Of a DNA stretch of 64,000 bases, positions 58,101-64,000 are shown one piece after another (within the stretch, counting starts at the first letter, position 1; every line of letters starts with the position of its first letter). Under the pieces are notes generated by a model that saw nothing but the letters and a program-made list of their open reading frames with translations, did no database searches and was not told the DNA's origin. The DNA is from Eledone cirrhosa (taxonomy: Eukaryota). Location: contig OZ024742.1 in NCBI GenBank assembly GCA_964016885.1, positions 306,838,001 to 306,902,000 of the forward strand, written 5' to 3'. The position numbers were made by a program, and so were the translations under genes.

Positions 58101-61030
58101 TTATCGTGTTGTAGTAACATACAGCAATTCTTGGGTATTTATCGTGTTGTAGTAACATACAGCATTTCTTGGGTGTTTATCGTGCTGTAGTAACATTCAG
58201 CATTTCTTGGGTGTTTATCGTGTTGTAGTAACATACAGCAATTCTTGGGTATTTATCGTGTTGTAGTAACATACAGCATTTCTTGGGTATTTATCGTGCT
58301 GTAGTAACATACAGCATTTCTTGGGTATTTATCGTGCTGTAGTAACATACAGCATTTCTTGGGTATTTATCGTCTTGTAGTAACATACAGCATTTCTTGG
58401 GTGTTTATCGTGTTGTAGTAACATACAGCATTTCTTGGGTATTTATCGGGTTGTAATAACATACAGCATTTGTTGGGTATTTATCGTGTTGTAATAACAT
58501 ACAGCAATTCTTGGGTAATTATCGTGTTGTAGTAACATACAGCATTTCTTGGGTATTTATCGTGTTGTAGTAACATACAGCATTTCTTGGGTGTTTATCG
58601 TGCTGTAGTAACATACAGCATTTCTTGGGTATTTATCGTCTTGTAGTAACATACAGCATTCCTTGGGTATTTATCGTGTTGTAATAACATACAGCATTTC
58701 TTGGGTATTTATCGTGTTGTAATAACATACAGCAATTCTTGGGTAATTATCTTGTTGTAGTAACATACAGCATTTCTTGGGTATTTATCGTGTTGTAGTA
58801 ACATACAGCATTTCTTGGGTGTTTATCGTGCTGTAGTAACATACAGCATTTCTTGGGTATTTAACGTGCTGTAGTAACATACAGCATTTCTTGGGTGTTT
58901 ATCGTGTTGTAGTAACATTCAGCAATCCATGCGTATTTATCGTGTTGTAGTAACATACAGCATTTCTTGGGTATTTATCGTGTTGTAGTAACATACAGCA
59001 TTTCTTGGGTATTTATCGTGCTGTAGTAACATACAGCATTTCTTGGGTATTTATCGTGCTGTAGTAACATTCAGCATTTCTTGCGTATTTATCGTGTTGT
59101 AGTAACATACAGCATTTCTTGGGTATTTATCGTGTTGTAGTAACATACAGCATTTCTTGGGTATTTAACGTGCTGTAGTAACATACAGCATTTCTTGGGT
59201 GTTTATCGTGTTGTAGTAACATTCAGCATTTCATGCGCATTTATCGTGTTGTAGTAACATACAGCATTTCTTGGGTATTTATCGTGTTGTAGTAACATAC
59301 AGCATTTCTTGGGTATTTATCGTGCTGTAGTAACATACAGCATTTCTTGGGTATTTATCGTGCTGTAGTAACATTCAGCATTTCTTGCGTATTTATCGTG
59401 TTGTAGTAACATACAGCATTTCTTGGGTATTTATCGTGTTGTAGTAACATACAACATTTCTTGGGTATTTATCGTGTTGTAGTAACATACAGCATTTCTT
59501 GGGTATTTATCATGCTGTAGTAACATACAGCATTTCTTGGGTATTTATCGTGTTGTAGTAACATTCAGCATTTCTTGGGTATTTATCGTGTTGTAGTAAC
59601 ATTCAGCATTTCTTGGGTATTTATCGTGTTGTAGTAACATTCAGCATTTCTTGTGTATTTATCGTGCTGTAGTAACATACAACATTTCTTGGGTATTTAT
59701 CGTGCTGTAGTAACATTCAGCATTTCTTGGGTATTTATCGTGTTGTAGTAACATTCAGCATTTCTTGGGTATTTATCGTGCTGTAGTAACATACAACATT
59801 TCTTGGGTATTTATCGTGCTGTAGTAACATTCAGCATTTCTTGGGTATTTATCGTGTTGTAGTAACATTCAGCATTTCTTGGGTATTTATCGTGTTGTAG
59901 TAACATTCAGCATTTCTTGGGTATTTATCGTGCTGTAGTAACATACAGCATTTCTTGGGTATTTATCGTGCTGTAGTAACATTCAGCATTTCTTGGGTAT
60001 TTATCGTGTTGTAGTAACATTCAGCATTTCTTGGGTATTTATCGTGCTGTAGTAACATACAGCATTTCTTGGGTATTTATCGTGTTGTAGTAACATTCAG
60101 CATTTCTTGGGTATTTATCGTGCTGTAGTAACATTCAGCATTTCTTGGGTATTTATCGTGTTGTAGTAACATTCAGCATTTCTTGGGTATTTATCGTGTT
60201 GTAGTAACATACAGCATTTCTTGGGTGTTTATCGTGCTGTAGTAACATACAGCATTTCTTGGGTATTTATCGTCTTGTAGTAACATACAGCATTTCTTGG
60301 GTATTTATCGTGTTGTAGTAACATTCAGCATTTCTTGGGTATTTATCGTGTTGTAGTAACATACAGCATTTCTTGGGTGTTTATCGTGCTGTAGTAACAT
60401 ACAGCATTTCTTGGGTATTTATCGTGCTGTAGTAACATTCAGCATTTCTTGGGTATTTATCGTGCTGTAGTAACATACAGCATTTCTTGGGTATTTATCG
60501 TGTTGTAGTAACATTCAGCATTTCTTGGGTATTTATCGTGTTGTAGTAACATTCAGCATTTCTTGGGTATTTATCGTGTTGTAGTAACATTCAGCATTTC
60601 TTGGGTATTTATCGTTCTGTAGTAACATTCAGCATTTCTTGGGTATTTATCGTGCTGTAGTAACATACAGCATTTCTTGGGTATTTATCGTGCTGTAGTA
60701 ACATTCAGCATTTCTTGGGTATTTATCGTGTTGTAGTAACATTCAGCATTTCTTGGGTATTTATCGTGTTGTAGTAACATACAGCATTTCTTGGGTATTT
60801 ATCGTGTTGTAGTAACATTCAGCATTTCTTGGGTATTTATCATGTTGTAGTAACATACAGCACTTCTTGGGTATTTATCGTGCTGTAGTAACATTCAGCA
60901 TTTCTTGGGTATTTATCGTGTTGTAGTAACATACAGCATTTCTTGGGTATTTATCGTGTTGTAGTAACATACAGCATTTCTTGGGTATTTATCGTGTTGT
61001 AGTAACATTCAGCATTTCTTGGGTATTTAT
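49143..61030. repeat. Satellite array, 38-bp unit, ~313 copies
   Basis: Consensus cgtg(t/c)tgtagtaacat(a/t)cagcatttcttgggtatttat; no unique spacers. Confidence 0.98.
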
Positions 61031-61124
61031 GCCAATTTCTCTTTCTCTGGTAAAACCGAAAAACAAAATGGAGGAAACGGAATATTCCAATACGAAGAGG
61101 AGACACAGAGAAGAAGAATAAATA

Positions 61125-61167
61125 GTCATTGAGGATGTCACAGAAAGTGTGACGAAAGAGCTTTGAC
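61125..61167 (+). ncRNA. Minimal hammerhead (U3.G8) just downstream of the satellite
   Basis: gtca-TTGAGGA-t-gtcac agaaagt gtgac-GAAA-gagc-TT-tgac; (TA)n ~35 nt later. Confidence 0.72.
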
Positions 61168-61614
61168 AAAATAAGCAAAATAACCATCCCCAAATATAAC
61201 AGTATATATATATGTGTGTGTTTGTGTGTTTGTGTGTGTATGTGCGTGTGTGTATGTATATATGTATATATACATATATATTGAATAAAAAAATATATAA
61301 GCGAAGACAGGAAAAGAGATAAAACCCAGACAGTCGCGTCTCATCGGTCGGTCACAAGAGATAAGTTGTTGCATTGCTTTAAGATCGATAAAACTTATTC
61401 TAGTGTACAGGGAAGAGAAACAGATGGACTAAAGAAAAGACGATAGTCTTTCGATTATTTACAAATAGGAGAAATGATGCTACAATCCCATGTGTTGCAA
61501 CTAAAAAGAAGAGATATCAACGAGGCCCGACATAATAATTAGCCAAAATGTAAAAGAGAAGGTGCAAGTGTTAGAGAATACACATATGTTAATACAAGTA
61601 TCTATCTATGTGTG

Positions 61615-61709
<95 letters not shown>

Positions 61710-61716
61710 CTATATA

Positions 61717-61805
<89 letters not shown>

Positions 61806-62045
61806 GATGTACGGCTGTCTGACGCATACATCCTATGTATGTCTTTATATAATGAACATAAGAATCAAAAGATAGACAAATATAAGAGAATACAAATATA
61901 CTCTCCTAACTCGAACATATCAATGGTTTGTGATTTTCAAAAGTTAAGAAAGATGGAGAGAGATATGTGCTAAGCTGACTTGTACCTTGCAACTCAATGA
62001 TGTTGAGAATTTCTCTCAGATTTTTAGAGAGGTGGCTCAAATTGG

Positions 62046-62276
62046 TATCTGTCTAAAGTATAATTTGATAGGTTTTTATTTACATAAATCACTACAAATA
62101 TTTAAAAGTGCGCCAACACCGCTCCGCCCTCGGCCCAGAGCCCATCACCATCCCCTTCCTCCTCCTTTTCTTTTGTGACCCCAGAGCTCTTGCCTTTTCT
62201 TTCCTTTTTTCGTTTTTAAATATTTGTAGTGATTTGTGTATATAAAAACATATCAAATTATACTTTAGACAGATAC
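62046..62276. repeat. ~60 bp inverted repeat around a GC-rich spacer
   Basis: tatctgtctaaagtataatttgata..atcactacaaatatttaaaa and its reverse complement at 62214-62276. Confidence 0.8.
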
Positions 62277-62731
62277 AAATTTGTCCCACGTTCCTGCAGA
62301 GAACTGAAAAAAAATCCGAAAATATCAATTATACTATACTGCCACAGCCACCAAATACAGTAGTTCCTCAACGCCATACTTCCATCAATACCGTTTATTA
62401 AAACATTGGCTATCTTTCGCACGTACTGACCAGTTGATTAGATCAAATTACCAGAAGATATCTACAACCATTAATTTTTCAACAATACAACCAACCTTCA
62501 ATCACTACAACCCGACCCGCTACATCCTTGAAAACATTCCCGATATACATATCCAAACATCAAATTTTATACATGAGAAACTTAAATAACAAACTGCATT
62601 TCTCTGAAGAAGTTTAGCGAACAACCAGCTCATTTGTTGTAACATCACAGCTATGTTGTAAGAAACTGAATATATAAAATTATATGTATTATCATTATTA
62701 AGTTCTACCTCTAATATCACTAGATCTGAAC

Positions 62732-62804
<73 letters not shown>

Positions 62805-63058
62805 GAGTGTGCATATGTGTGCGCGCGCATGTATGTGTGTTTGCACATGACTATGTGTGAGAGTTAAGTCATTCCATTCTTATGAGTCAAAAAGATTATA
62901 TTGGAGCAGAAGTAACTTGGTTGGCGACGAGATCTTGTAAATAAAGCAGCATGCGAACACATAAGCACACACACACAAACACACACACACATAAACACAC
63001 TCGCACGTACATACACACATATGTGTGTATGTATATATATATATATATATATATACAG

Positions 63059-63163
<105 letters not shown>

Positions 63164-63714
63164 AGTATATATTCGGCTGCGCATGCCTATGTATGTGTAG
63201 ATGTGTGGGTGTGGGTGCGTGCACATCTATGTGTTAAGGTCTCAGTTTCCTCTAAGAAAATGGCTGGACGGTTGAAGGAGCTGATTTAAGAATCGGCATC
63301 AAATAAGGATGGTCTAGCTTTATATTATTGATCGTCTAACACCTTGGGATGAAACAGCCGAATTAAGGAATAAGATCAAAAAAACACAAAGCATAAAGGT
63401 TCCTATGTGTAGCTTTGTCGGATTAATCTTAGCCTTATGATCACTGAAGCAAGGGCACTTACGTTTGTAAGCTTAGCTGAATCTCTACTACAGGCGGCTT
63501 TAGATCGAAAAATCTGTACTATATGGCTGAGTTTACAGTCGGACGGGTTACACACACACGCGCATACATACACACACACATACATACAAACATACATACA
63601 CACACACACATATATATATATACATATATATATATTTGCATATGTCTATATATATATGTGTGTGTGTGAGTGTGTGTGTGTGTGTATGTATGTGTATATA
63701 TATATATGTCTACA

Positions 63715-63772
<58 letters not shown>

Positions 63773-63794
63773 ATGTATATATATATATATATAT

Positions 63795-63875
<81 letters not shown>

Positions 63876-63922
63876 TACGCGAATACACTCACATTCACAC
63901 ACGCACACTAACAAGTATATAC

Positions 63923-63983
<61 letters not shown>

Positions 63984-64000
63984 AGTTACATCTTTTGAAA

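Noticed and set aside
49143-61030. CRISPR array
   Set aside because: Contiguous 38-bp units with no unique spacers, no cas genes and a eukaryotic context.

Overview
AT-rich, microsatellite-saturated non-coding animal DNA, most likely an octopod cephalopod (inferred from the (TA)n/(CA)n/(TACA)n load and a tRNA-derived SINE family). I find no intact host gene; nearly all listed ORFs are microsatellite translations. Real coding remnants are Penelope-like retroelements (PLEs): a decayed near-full-length Neptune-type copy (575-5365), an inverted RT fragment of a relative (9862-10815), two Hydra-clade-like copies (5590-7360, 34777-37650) and a GIY-YIG fragment (~12105-12350), plus a decayed CR1/L2-like LINE RT. 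An ~11.9 kb satellite of 38-bp units fills 49143-61030, and a 200-N gap lies at 22883-23082. The main unannotated signal is about 17 near-complete type I hammerhead ribozyme (HHR) motifs, plus half and degenerate copies, found by eye. Many lie in short, unrelated, non-coding 0.15-0.9 kb elements inserted in (TA)n, with partial-tandem and inverted ends. These look like a diverse set of PLE-mobilised, retrozyme-like elements, several with a compensatory U3-A8 catalytic core. All motif calls are manual and need covariance-model and cleavage tests.
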